A program made the translations under genes and the position numbers. Below are positions 1-13,477 of a DNA stretch of 64,000 bases, piece after piece. This stretch comes from Anaeramoeba ignava BMAN (lineage: Eukaryota; Protista; Anaeramoebae), in assembly GCA_028826165.1 (NCBI GenBank), contig JAPDFW010000005.1, positions 1 to 64,000 on the forward strand. Reading direction: 5' to 3'. Each line of letters starts with the position of its first letter. Position 1 is the first letter of the stretch. The notes beneath the pieces were generated by a model. That model had not been told where the DNA came from and made no database searches. It was given only the letters and a program-made list of their open reading frames with translations.

Positions 1-3000
1 TTTGGATATTGATTTTTCCAAAAGCAATATATAAAGGAATATGATTAAATTGAGTTTTTGAATTAATATCAGATTCTTTGAAATTAATAATTCAATAATT
101 TCTTGTGGATATTTATTTTTCAAAGCAATATGTAAAGATAATACATTTTGATTATTTTTTGAATTAATATCAGAACCTTTGGAAATTAATAATTCAATAA
201 TTTCTTTTGGATATTTATTTTCCAAAGCAATATGTAAAGGTATTTCATTTTCATTATTTTTTGAATTAATATCAGAACCTTTGGAAATTAATAATTCAAT
301 AATTTCTTTTGGATATTTGTTTCTCAAAGCAATATGTAAAGGTATTTCATTTTCATCATTTTTTGAATTAATATCAGAACCTTTGGAAATTAATAATTCA
401 ATAATTTCTTTTGGATATTCGTTTCTCAAAGCAATATGTAAAGGTATTTGATTTTGATCATTTTTTGAATTAATAACAGAACCTTTGGAAATTAATAATT
501 CAATAATTTCTTTTGGATATTTATTTCTCAAAGCAATATGTAAAGGTATTTCATTTTCATTATTTTTTGAATTAATATTAGAACCTTTGGAAATTAATAA
601 TTCAATAATTTCATTTGGATTTTTATTTTTCAAAGCAATATGTAAAGGTATTTCATTTTCATCATTTTTTGAATTAATATCAGAACCTTTTGAAATTAAC
701 AATTCAATAATTTCTTTTGAATTTTGATATTTCAAAGCAATATGTAAAGGTATTTCATTTTCATTGTTTTTTGAATTAATATCAGAACCTTTGGAAATTA
801 ACAATTCAATAATTTCTTTTGGATATTTATTTCTCAAAGCAATATGTAAAGGTATTTCATTTTGATTATTTTTTGAATTAATATCAGAACCTTTGGAAAT
901 TAATGATTCAATAATTTCTTTTGGATATTTGTTTCTCAAAGCAATATGTAAAGGTATTTCATTTTGATTATTTTTTGAATTAATATCAGAACCTTTTTCA
1001 ATTAATAATTCAATAATTTCTTTTGGATATTTATTTTTCAAAGCAAAATTTAAAGGTATTTCATTTTCATTATTTTTTGAATTAATATCAGAACCTTTTT
1101 CAATTAGTAATTCAATAATTTCATTTGGATATTTATTTTTCAAAGCAATGTTTAAAGATAATACATTTTCAATATTTTTTGAATTAATATCAGAACATTT
1201 GGAAATTAATAATTCAATAATTTCTTTTGGATATTCATTTCTCAAAGCAATATGTAAAGGTATTTCATTTTCATTATTTTTTGAATTAATATCAGAATCT
1301 TTGGAAATTAATAATTCAATAATTTCTTTTGGATATTTATATTTCAAAGCAATATGTAAAGGTATTTCATTTTCATTATTTTTTGAATTAATATCAGAAC
1401 CTTTGGAAATTAACAATTCAATAATTTCATTTGGATATTCATTTCTCAAAGCAATATGTAAAGGTATTTCATTTTCATTATTTTTTGAATTAATATCAGA
1501 ATCTTTGGAAATTAATAATTCAATAATTTCTTTTGGATATTTGTTTCTCAAAGCAATATGTAAAGGTGTTTCATTTTCATCATTTTTTGAATTAATATCA
1601 GAACCTTTGGAAGTTAATAATTCAATAATTTCTTTTGGATATTTATTTTTCAAAGCAAAATGTAAAGGTATTTCATTTTCAATATTTTTTGAATTAATAT
1701 TAGAACCTTTGGAAATTAATAATTCAATAATTTCTTTTGGATATTTATTTCTCAAAGCAATATGTAAAGATAATACATTTTGATTATTTTTTGAATTAAT
1801 ATCAGAACATTTGGAAATTAATAATTCAATAATTTCTTTTGAATATTGATATTTCAAAGCAATATGTAAAGGAGTATCATTTTCATCATTTTTTGAATTA
1901 ATATCAGAACCTTTGGAAATTAATAATTCAATAATTTCTTTTGCATATTGATATTTCAAAGCAATATGTAAAGGTGTTTCTTTATACCATTTATTTTTTG
2001 AATTAATATCAGAACCTTTGGAAATTAATAATTCAATAATTTCTTTTGCATATTGATATCTCAAAGCAATATGTAAAGGTGTTTCATTTTCATCATTTTT
2101 TGAATTAATATCAGAACCTTTGGAAATTAATAATTCAATAATTTCATTTGGATATTTATATCTCAAAGCAATATGTAAAGGTATTTCATTTTCATTATTT
2201 TTTGAATTAATATCAGAACCTTTTTCAATTAATAATTCAATAATTTCATTTGGATTTTTATATCTCAAAGCAATATGTAAAGGTATTTCATTTTCATTAT
2301 TTTTTGAATTAATATCAGAACCTTTGGAAATTAATAATTCAATAATTTCTTGTGGATATTTATTTTCCAAAGCAACATGTAAAGATAATACATTTTGATT
2401 ATTTTTTGAATTAATATCAGAACCTTTAAAAATTAATAATTCAATAATTTCTTTTGGATATTGATATTTCAAAGCAATATGCAAAGATATTTCATTTTCA
2501 ATGTTTTTTGGATTAATATCAGAACCTTTGGAAATTAATAATTCAATAATTTCTTTTGGATATTTATTTTTCAAAGCAATATCTAAAGGAATTTCATTTT
2601 GATTATTTTTTGAATTAAGATCAGAACCTTTGGAAATTAATAATTCAATAATTTCTTTTGGATATTGATATTTCAAAGCAATATGCAAAGATATTTCATT
2701 TTCAATGTTTTTTGGATTAATATCAGAACCTTTGGAAATTAATAATTCAATAATTTCTTTTGAATATTTATTTCTCAAAGCAATATGTAAAGGTATTTCA
2801 TTTTCATTATTTTTTGAATTAATATCAGAACCTTTGGAAATTAATAATTCAATAATTTCTTTTGGATTTTGATATTTCAAAGCAATATGTAAAGGAATAT
2901 GATTAAATTGAGTTTTTGAATTAATATCAGAACCTTTGGAAATTAATAATTCAATAATTTCTTTTGAATTGTTGTATCTCAAAGCAATATGTAAAGGAAT

Positions 3001-3647
3001 GTGACTTTTTGATTATTTTTTGAATTAATATCAGAACCTTTGGAAATTAATAATTCAATAATTTCATTTGGATATTTATTTTTCAAAGCAATATGTAAAG
3101 GTATTTCATTCCATTTATTTTTTGAATTAAGATCAGATTCTTTGGAAATTAATAATTCAATAATTTCTTTTGAATTTTGGTATTTCAAAGCAATATGTAA
3201 AGATATTTCATTTTCATTGTTTTTTGAATTAATATCAGAACCTTTGGAAATTAATAATTCAATAATTTCTTTTGCATATTGATATCTCAAAGCAATATGT
3301 AAAGGTATTTCATTCCATTTATTTTTTGAATTAATATTAGAACCTTTGGAAATTAATAATTCAATAATTTCATTTGGATATTTATTGATAAGTGCAGAAT
3401 GTAAAGAATTGTTTCTATTTTTATCAATCCAATTTAAGTTTGTTTGTTTTTCAATAAGTTTTTTAATAATTTCATTTGTTGATTTGTTTTTAAATGAATA
3501 ATTAAGAAAAGGTTCATTTTCTTTTTCAAATTGTTCTGTTGTTTGTAAATCTGGAATTGAATCAAAAAATTCCAAATCATTTTTTAGAATTGATTCATAA
3601 ACTTGTTTTAATTTATAATTCAAAACAATAGGATGATTGAAACTCAT
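1..3647 (-). CDS. Ankyrin-repeat array protein A (more than 30 x 34-aa repeats; 3' end outside the window; one frameshift near 3000)
   Basis: ATG at 3647 (MSFNHPIVLNYKL) is the same N-terminus as the paralog at 6576. It is followed by 102-bp units encoding KGSDINSKNNENEIPLHIALKNKYPKEIIELLIS, which continue to the window edge. Confidence 0.85.
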
Positions 3648-3729
3648 TTTATTCTTTTTTTGTTTTGAAATGAAAAAAAATGGAAAAAAAAGGAAAAAAA
3701 ATGAAAAAAAATGAAAAAAGCAAAAAAAA

Positions 3730-6576
3730 ATTTTTTTTTGTAAATCTTCCAAAATTAAATCAATTATGGATTTTAAATTTAATTGATAAAAATCTTTTAA
3801 ATAAACATATTCTTCAATATTCTCTTTACTTAATTTTGTTTCATCAATTTTATCATGATAAAGAAAATAAATTAATTGTTGAATTGTTTCAAATGATTTT
3901 CCTGAATAATCATGAACTTGATTTGATGAATCATTAACATTTAAAAACATTCCTTTAAATAAATAACTTCTTATTATTAATATTAATTTATGAACTTTAA
4001 TTTCTTTTTCATTATCAAAAATAATTGTAAAATCTTTTGTTTCTTCTTGTTGATAAAATTTATGAAAATCTTTTAATATTCCTTTTATTCCTTCTTTTTC
4101 TTTAATCCAATTTGAATCAAATCCAATTTCTTTGAATAAATTATAAACCTTTTCTTTTTCTTTTTCATTAAATTGATTATTAAATTTTTCAATAAATTTA
4201 TCAAAATCAATAAATCCTGTATAAAGAAAATTTAATGCAAATTGAATAATTTCTTTTGATTTTCTTCTGCAAATATTTATAAATCTTGTTAAAATTGTTT
4301 TATTATTATCAAATCTAATTAATAAAATTTGTTTATTAACTTGAAATTTGAATCCATCATTACTTTTAATTTCAATATCTGTAAAATCATTTGATTTCAA
4401 AAAATTGTTTAAATCATCATTAAACGAATAAATTTTTGGAAATAAATCAATCATTTCTTGATATATCTCATTTTGATTCAATTCAAAAATATTCAAATCT
4501 CTCAATAACATAATTTTAATTTCATTTGTATATTGATTTTTCAAAGCAATATGTAAAGGAATTTCATTCCAATCATTTTTTGAATTAATATCAGAACCTT
4601 TTTCAATTAATAATTCAATAATTTCTTTTGTATTTTGGTATTTCAAAGCAATATGTAAAGATATTTCATTTAGATTATTTTTTGAATTAATATTAGAACC
4701 TTTGGAAATTAATAATTCAATAATTTCTTTTGTATTTTTGTATCTCAAAGCAAAATGTAAAGGTATTTCATTTCTATTGTTTTTTGAATTAATATTAGAA
4801 CCTTTGGAAATTAATAATTCAATAATTTCTTTTGAATTTTTATATTTCAAAGCAAAATGTAAAGGTGTTTCATTTTCATTGTTTTTTAAATTAATATCAG
4901 AATCTTTGGAAATTAATAATTCAATAATTTCTTTTGTATTTTTATTTCTCAAAGCAAAATGTAAAGATATTTCATTTTGATAATTTTTTGAATTAATATC
5001 AGAACCTTTATCAATTAGCAATTCAATAATTTCTTTTGTATATTTATTTCTCAAAGCAAAATGTAAAGGTATTTCATTTTCATTGTTTTTTGAATTAATA
5101 TCAGAACCTTTTTCAATTAATAATTCAATAATTTCTTTTGGATTGTTGTTTTTCAAAGCAATATGTAAAGGTATTTCATTTTGATTATTTTTTGAATTAA
5201 TATCAGAACTTTCGGAAATTAATAATTCAATAATTTCTTTTGGGTTTTTAAATCTCAAAGCAATATGTAAAGGTATTTCATTTCTATTGTTTTTTGAATT
5301 AATATCAGAACCTTTGGAAATTAATAATTTCAATAATTTCTTTTTTTGGATTTCATTTTGATTATTTTTTTCAAAAAGCAATTAATAATTTAAAAAGGTA
5401 TTTATTTTCATTTTCATTGTTTTTGAATTAATATTAGAACCTTTGGAAATTAATAATTCAATAATTTCTTTTGAATTTTTATATCTCAAAGCAAAATGTA
5501 AAGGAGTTTCAAATATATTGTTTTTTAAATTAATATCAGAACCTTTATCAATTAATAATTCAATAATTTCTTTTGGATATTTGTTTTCTAAAGCAAAATG
5601 TAAAGATATTTCATTTTTATTATTTTTTGAATTAATATCAGAACCTTTTTCAATTAATAATTCAATAATTTCTTTTGGATATTTGTTTTTCAAAGCAATA
5701 TGTAAAGGTATTTCATTTTGATAATTTTTGAATTAATATCAGAACCTTTGGAAATTAATAATTCAATAATTTCTTTTGGATATTTGTTTTTCAAAGCAAT
5801 ATGTAAAGGTATTTCATTCCAATTATTTTTTGAATTAATATCAGAACCTTTGGAAATTAATAATTCAATAATTTCTTTTGGATATTTATTGATAAGAGCA
5901 GAATGTAAAGGTATTTCATTCCATTTGGTTTTTGAATTAATATCAGAACCTTTTGGAAATTAATAATTCAATAATTTCATTTTTGGATATTTATTTTCAA
6001 AGCAAATATGTAAAGGTATTTCATTTTCATTATTTTTTGAATTAATATTAGAACCTTTTTCAATTAATAATTCAATAATTTCTTTTGGATATTCATTTCT
6101 CAAAGCAATATGTAAAGGTATTTCATTCCATTTGGTTTTTGAATTAATATCAGAACCTTTTTCAATTAGCAATTCAATAATTTCATTTGGATATTTATTT
6201 TCCAAAAGAAATATGTAAAGGTTTTGAATTATTTCTTTTCATTGTTTTTGAATTAATATTAAAGATCAGAACCTTTGGAAATTAATAATTCAATAATTTC
6301 TTTTGGATATTTGTTGATAAGAGCAGAATGTAAAGAATTGTTTCTATTTTTATCAATCCAATTTAAATTTGTTTGTTTTTCAATAAGTTTTTTAATAATT
6401 TCATTTGTTGATTCGTTTTTAAATGAATAATTAAGAAAAGGTTCATTTTCATTTTCAAATTGTTCTGTTGTTTGTAAATCTGGAATTGAATCAAAAAATT
6501 CCAAATCTTTTTTTAGAATTGATTCATAAACTTGTTTTAATTTATAATTCAAAACAATAGGATGATTGAAACTCAT
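3730..6576 (-). CDS. Ankyrin-repeat + tandem BTB/POZ protein B (several frameshifts; stop codon not visible)
   Basis: Built from ORF pieces 6259-6576, 5960-6205, 5382-5693 and 2979-5381. About 17 ankyrin units precede FTDIEIKSNDGFKFQVNKQILLIR and TKDFTIIFDNEKEIKVHKLILIIRSYLFKGMF (BTB-like). The 3' end is approximate. Confidence 0.8.
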
Positions 6577-6644
6577 TTTATTCTTTTTGTTTTGAAATGA
6601 AAAAAAATGGAAAAAAATGAAAAAAAAAATGAAAAAAAATGGAA

Positions 6645-9600
6645 TTATTTTTCTGAAAAGGATTTGGAATAAAAATCAATTAAATAAGATCCTAAAATTG
6701 ATTTTAAATTTAATTGATAATAATCTTTTAAATCAACATATTCTTCAATATTCTCTTTACTTAATTTTGTTTCATCAATTTTATCATGATAAAGAAAATA
6801 AATTAATTGTTGAATTGTTTCAAATGATTTTCCTGAATAATCATGAACTTGATTAGATGAATCATTAACATTTAAAAACATTCCTTTAAATAAATAACTT
6901 CTTATTATTAATATTAATTTATGAACTTTAATTTCTTTTTCATTATCAAAAATAATTGTAAAATCTTTGGTTTCTTCTTGTTGATAAAATTTATGAAAAT
7001 CTTTTAATATTCCTTTTATTCCTTCTTTTTCTTTAATCCATTTTAAATCAAACCCAATTTCTTTGAATAAATTATAAACCTTTTCTTTTTCTTTTTCATT
7101 AAATTGATTATTAAATTTTTCAATAAATTTATCAAAATCAATAAATCCTGTATAAAGAAAATTTAATGCAAATTGAATAATTTCTTTTGATTTTCTTCTG
7201 CAAATATTGATAAATTGTTCAAAAATTGTTTTATTATTATCAAATCTAATTAATAAAATTTGTTTATTAACTTGAAATTTGAATCCATCATTACTTTTAA
7301 TTTCAATATCTGTAAAATCATTTGATTTCAAAAAATTGTTTAAATCATCATTAAATGAATAAATTTTTGGAAATAAATCAATCATTTCTTGATATATCTC
7401 ATTTTGATTCAATTCAGAAATATTCAAATTTCTCAATAACATAATTTTAATTTCTTCAGGATATTTGTTTTTCAAAGCAAAATGTAAAGGTATTTCATTC
7501 CATTTGTTTTTTGAATTAATATCAGATCCTTTGGAAATTAATAATTCAATAATTTCTTTTGGGTTTTGGAATTTCAAAGCAATATGTAAAGGTATTTCAT
7601 TTTGATTAGTTTTTGAATTAAGATTAGATCCTTTGGAAATTAATAATTCAATAATTTCTTTTGTATTTTTATTTTTCAAAGCAATATGTAAAGGTGTTTC
7701 ATTTTCAATATTTTTTGAATTAATATCATAACCTTTGGAAATTAATAATTTAATAATTTCTTTTGGGTTTTTGTATTTCAAAGCAAATATGTAAAGGTAT
7801 TTCATTTTCATCAGTTTTTGAACTAATATCAGAACCTTTGGAAATTAATAATTCAATAATTTCTTTTGGATTTTGATTTTTCAAAGCAATATGTAAAGGT
7901 GTTTCATTCCAATCATTTTTTGAATTAATATCAGAACCTTTTTCAATTAATAATTCAATAATTTTTGGATATTTATTTTCCAAAGAAATATGTAAAGATA
8001 TTTCATTCCATTTGTTTTTTGAATTAATATCAGATCCTTTTTCAATCAACAATTCAATAACTTCATTTGGATATTTATTTTCCAAAGCAATATGTAAAGA
8101 TGTTTCATTTCCATTGTTTTTTGAATTAATATCAGAACCTTTTTCAATTAATAATTCAATAATTTCTTTTGGGTTCTTGTTTTTCAAAGCGATTTTTAAT
8201 GGAATATCGGAAAAAAGTTTTGTTTTTGAATTAATATCAGATCCTTTTTCAATTAATAATTCAATAATTTCTTTTGGATATTTATTTCTCAAAGCAATGT
8301 GTAAAGATATTTCTTTTTGATTGTTTTTTGAATTAAGATTAGAACCTTTGGAAATTAATAATTTAATAATTTCTTTTGGATTTTGGTTTTTCAAAGCAAT
8401 ATGTAAAGGTATTTCATTCCAATCATTTTTTGAATTAATATCAGAACCTTTTTCAATTAATAATTCAATAATTTCTTTTGGATATTTATTTTCCAAAGAA
8501 ATATGTAAAGGTATTTCATTTTGAATATTTTTTGAATTAATATCAGATCCTTTTTCAATTAATAATTCAATAATTTCTTTTGGATATTTATTTTCCAAAG
8601 AAATATGTAAAGGTAGTTCATTTTGATTATTTTTTGAATTAATATCAGAACATTTTTCAATTAACAATTCAATAATTTCTTTTGGATATTGGTTTTTCAA
8701 AGAAATATGTAAAAGTGTTTCATTTTGATTATTTTTTGAATTAATATCAGATCCTTTTTCAATTAATAATTCAATAATTTCTTTTGGATATTGATTTTTC
8801 AAAGCAATATGTAAAGGTATTTCATTTTCATTATTTTTTGAATTAATATTAGAACCTTTTGAAATTAATAATTCAATAATTTCTTTTGGATATTGGTTTT
8901 TCAAAGCAATATGTAAAGGTATTTCATTTTGATTATTTTTTAAATTAAGATTAGAACCTTTTTCAATTAATAATTTAATAATTTCATTTGGATTTTTATT
9001 TTTCAAAGCAAAATTTAAAGGTGTTTCATTTTGATTGTTTTTTGAATTAAGATTAGAACCTTTTTCAATTAATAATTCAATAATTTCTTTTGGATATTTA
9101 TTTTTCAAAGCAATATGTAAAGGAGTTTCATTTTCATCATTTTTTGAATTAATATCAGAACCTTTTTCAATTAATAATTCAATAATTTCTTTTTGATATT
9201 GGTTTTTCAAAGCAATATGTAAAGGTATTTCATTTTCATCATTTTTTGAATTAATATTAGAACCTTTTTCAATTAATAATTCAATAATTTCTTTTGGATT
9301 TTTGTTTTTCAAAGCAATGTGTAAAGGAGTTTCATTTTCATCATTTTTTGAATTAATATTAGAAACTTTGGAAATTAATAATTCAATAATTTCTTTTGGA
9401 TTTTGGTTTTTCAAAGCAATATGTAAAGGAGTTTCATTTTCATCATTTTTTGAATTAATATTAGAACCTTTTTCAATTAATAATTCAATAATTTCTTTTG
9501 TATTTTTGTTTTTCCAAAGCAATATGCAAAGGAGTTTCAAATATATTGTTTTTTGAATTAATATTAGAACCTTTGGAAATTAATAATTTAATAATTTCTT

Positions 9601-10078
9601 TTGGATATTTGTTTCTCAAAGCAAAATGTAAAGGTATTTCATTTTCATTGTTTTTTGAATTAATATCAGAACATTTGGAAATTAATAATTTAATAATTTC
9701 TTTTGAATATTTGTTTTTCAAAGCAATATGTAAAGGTATTTCATTTTCATTATTTTTTGAATTAATATCAGAACCTTTTTCAATTAATAATTTAATAATT
9801 TCTTTTGGATATTTGTTGATAAATGCAATATGTAAACAATTGTTTCCACCTTCATCAATACAATTTAAATTTGTTTGTTTTTCAATAAGTTTTTTAATAA
9901 TTTCATTTGTTGATTCGTTTTTAAATGAATAATTAAGAAAAGGTTCATTTTCATTTTCTAATTGTTCTGTTGTTTGTAAACCTGAAATCAAATCAAAAAG
10001 TTCAATACCATTTTCTTTCATTTCTTGATAAGTTTGCAATAAGTCAACAAAGGATTGCAAAAAATTAGTGGAATTCAT
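6645..10078 (-). CDS. Ankyrin-repeat + tandem BTB/POZ protein C (two frameshifts)
   Basis: ORFs 9485-10078, 7750-9540 and 6645-7811 join at homopolymer slips. About 23 ankyrin units, then a BTB-BTB tail nearly identical to gene B. Confidence 0.85.
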
Positions 10079-10097
10079 TTTATTATTTTTTTGAAAA

Positions 10098-10250
10098 GAA
10101 AAAAAATGAAAAATGAAAAATGAAAAAGCAAAAAAAAAGGAAAAAAATTAAATAAACAGAAAATTGAAGAATATTTTGATTTCAAAGATTTTTCTCAATT
10201 AAATTTAAATACAAAACAAAAATTTTCTTTTCATTTTTTTCCATTTTTTT
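10098..10250. promoter_or_regulatory. Divergent promoter with oppositely oriented TTTTTCAT (Inr-like) motifs
   Basis: ATGAAAA x3 lies next to the minus-strand gene (10105-10127) and TTTTCATTTT next to the plus-strand gene (10228-10240). Confidence 0.6.
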
Positions 10251-10263
10251 TTAATTATTAAAA

Positions 10264-13200
10264 ATGAAAAGAATTTATCAAGCAATTAAAAAAAATGATT
10301 TGGAATTTTTTAATAAAATTAAAACTTTGAAAACAAAAGAAAAAACTGAAAAAGAAAACAAACCTTTTCTTAATTATGCATTTAAAAACAAATCAACAAA
10401 TGAAATTATTAAAAAACTTATTGAAAAACAAACAAATTTAAATTGGATTGATAAAAATAGAAACAATTCTTTACATTCTGCTTTGAAATATAAAAATACA
10501 AAAGAAATTATTGAATTATTAATTGAAAAAGGATCTAATATTAATTCAACAAATAAAGAATATGAAATACCTTTACATATTGCTTTGAAATATAAAAATT
10601 CAAAAGAAATTATTGAATTATTAATTGAAAAAGGTTCTGATATTAATTCAAAAAATAAATGGAAAGAAATATCTTTACATATTGCTTTGAAAAACCAATA
10701 CCCAAAAGAAATTATTGAATTGTTAATTTACAAAGGATCTAATCTTAATTTAAAAAACAATATATTTGAAACTCCTTTACATATTGCTTTGAAAAATAAA
10801 AATACAAAAGAAATTATTGAATTATTAATTGAAAAAGGTTCTAATCTTAATTTAAAAAACAATCAAAATGAAATACCTTTACATATTGCTTTGAAATATA
10901 AAAATACAAAAGAAATTATTGAATTATTAATTGAAAAAGGTTCTAATCTTAATTCAAAAAACAATCAAAATGAAATACCTTTACATATTGCTTTGAAAAA
11001 TAAAAATACAAAAGAAATTATTAAATTATTAATTGAAAAAGGTTCTAATCTTAATTCAAAAAACAATGAAAATGAAATACCTTTACATATTGCTTTGAAA
11101 TATAAAAATACAAAAGAAATTATTAAATTATTAATTGAAAAAGGTTCTGATATTAATTCAAAACTAAAATGGAATCAATCAATTTTATATTATACTTTAA
11201 AAAATAATTATCCAAAAGAAATTATTGAATTATTAATTGAAAAAGGTTCTAATATTAATTTAAAAAATATTGAAAATGAAATACCTTTACATTTTGCTTT
11301 GAAATACCAAAATCCAAAAAAAATTATTGAATTATTAATTGAAAAAGGATCTAATATTAATTCAAAAAATATTGAGAAAAGAAATAATATTGCTTTGAAA
11401 TGCCAAAATTCAAAAAGAAATTATTGAATTATTAATTGAAATGTGAAATTCCTTTGCATATTGCTTTGAAAAATGAATATCCAAAAGAAATTATTAAATT
11501 ATTAATTGAAAAAGGTTCTGATATTAATTCAAAAAATAATGAAAATGAAATACCTTTACATATTGCTTTGAAAAATGAATATTCAAAAGAAATTATTGAA
11601 TTGTTAATTGATAAAGGATCTAATATTAATTCAAAAACCAAAGATAGCGAAACACCTTTACATATTGCTTTTCAATATAAAAATTCAAAAGAAATTATTG
11701 AATTGTTAATTGATAAAGGATCTAATATTAATTTAAAAAACTATTGGAATCAAGAAATACCTTTACATATTTCTTTGAAAAATAAATATCCAAAAGAAAT
11801 TATTGAATTATTAATTGATAAAGGTTCTGATATTAATTCAAAAAATAATGAAAATGAAACTCCTTTACATATTGCTTTGAAATATCAAAAATACAAAAGA
11901 AATTATTGAATTGCTAATTGAAAAAGGTTCTGATATTAATTCAAAAAATAATGAAAATGAAACACCTTTACATATTGCTTTGAAATACAAAATACAAAAG
12001 AAATTATTGAATTATTAATTGAAAAAGGTTCTAATATTAATTCAAAAAATATTCAAAATGAAATTCCTTTACATATTGCTTTGAAAAACAAAAATACAAA
12101 AGAAATCATTGAATTATTAATTTCAAAAGGCTCTGATATTAATTCAAACAACAATCAAAATGAAATTCCTTTACATATTGCTTTGAGAAATAATTATCCA
12201 AAAGAAATTATTGAATTATTAATTTCAAATGAATCACATCTTAATTCAATTATTAATCTAAATGAAGTACCTTTACACATTGCTTTGAAATGCCAAAATC
12301 CAAATGAAATGATTAAATTATTAATTGAAAAAGGTTCTAATATTAATTCAAAAAACAATAAAAATGAAATTCCTTTACATATTGCTTTGAAAAATAAAAA
12401 TACAAAAGAAATTATTGAATTATTAATTGAAAAGGATCTGATATTAATTCAAAAAATAATGAAAATGAAATACCTTTACATATTGCTTTGAAAAACAAAA
12501 ATACAAAAGAAATTATTGAATTATTAATTGAAAAAGGATCTGATATTAATTCAAAAAATAATAAAAATGAAACATCATTAGATATTGTTTTGAAAAACCA
12601 ATATTCAAATGGAATAAAAATCCTATTATTGAGAAACACAGAAATTTCGAATTTGAATCAAGATGACATTAACCAAGAAATACTGAAATTATTTACAAAA
12701 ATCTATTCATTTATTGATGATTTAAAAAATTTATTCAAATCAAATGAATTCAAGGATATTGAAATTAAAAGTAATGATGAATTCACATTTCAAGTTAATA
12801 AACAAATTTTATTAATTAGATTTGATAATAATAAAACAATTTTAACAAGATTTATAAATATTTGCAGAAGAAAATCAAAAGAAATTATTGAACTTTGCTT
12901 AAAATTTCTTTATACAGGATTTTTTGATTTTGATAATATTATTCGACATAAATTCCAAATTTATTCAAATAATTTTGATCCAAAAGAAAAAGAAATGGTT
13001 TATGATTTTTTCAAAGAAATTGGATTTGATTTAAAATGGATTAAAGAAAAAGAAGGAATAAAAGGAATATTAAAAGATTTCCATAAATTTTATCAACAAG
13101 AAGAAACCAAAGATTTTACAATTATTTTTGATAATGAAAAAGAAATTAAAGTTCATAAATTAATATTAATAATAAGAAGTTAATTATTTAAAGGAATGTT

Positions 13201-13423
13201 TTTAAATGTTAATGATTCATCAAATCAAGTTCATGATTATTCAGGAAAATCATTTGAAACAATTCAACAATTAATTTATTTTCTTTATCATGATGAATTT
13301 GATGAAACAAAATTAAGTAAAGAGAATATTCAAGAATCTATTGATTTCAAAGATTATTATCAATTAAATTCTAAATCAATAATTAATTTATATCGAATGG
13401 ATTTTATAAAGAAATTTAAATAA
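10264..13423 (+). CDS. Ankyrin-repeat + tandem BTB/POZ protein D (several frameshifts)
   Basis: ORFs 10264-11427, 11436-11909, 12081-12491, 12488-13183 and 13196-13423 give the same architecture as B and C. It is transcribed divergently from gene C. Confidence 0.85.
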
Positions 13424-13477
13424 AAAATTTTTTGTTTCATTTTTTTCATTTTTTCATTTTTTTTTTAGTTAATAAAA

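Noticed and set aside
179-12639. Many antisense ORFs (MEINNSIISFGYLF...) over the ankyrin arrays
   Set aside because: They are shadows of the repeated ankyrin codons, start at TTG, and break wherever the sense strand has a CAA-type codon context that gives a stop.
5340-13200. Programmed frameshifting or pseudogenisation of the ankyrin genes
   Set aside because: The slips sit mostly in A/T homopolymers and also occur in unrelated genes, which fits long-read consensus error. This cannot be decided without reads.
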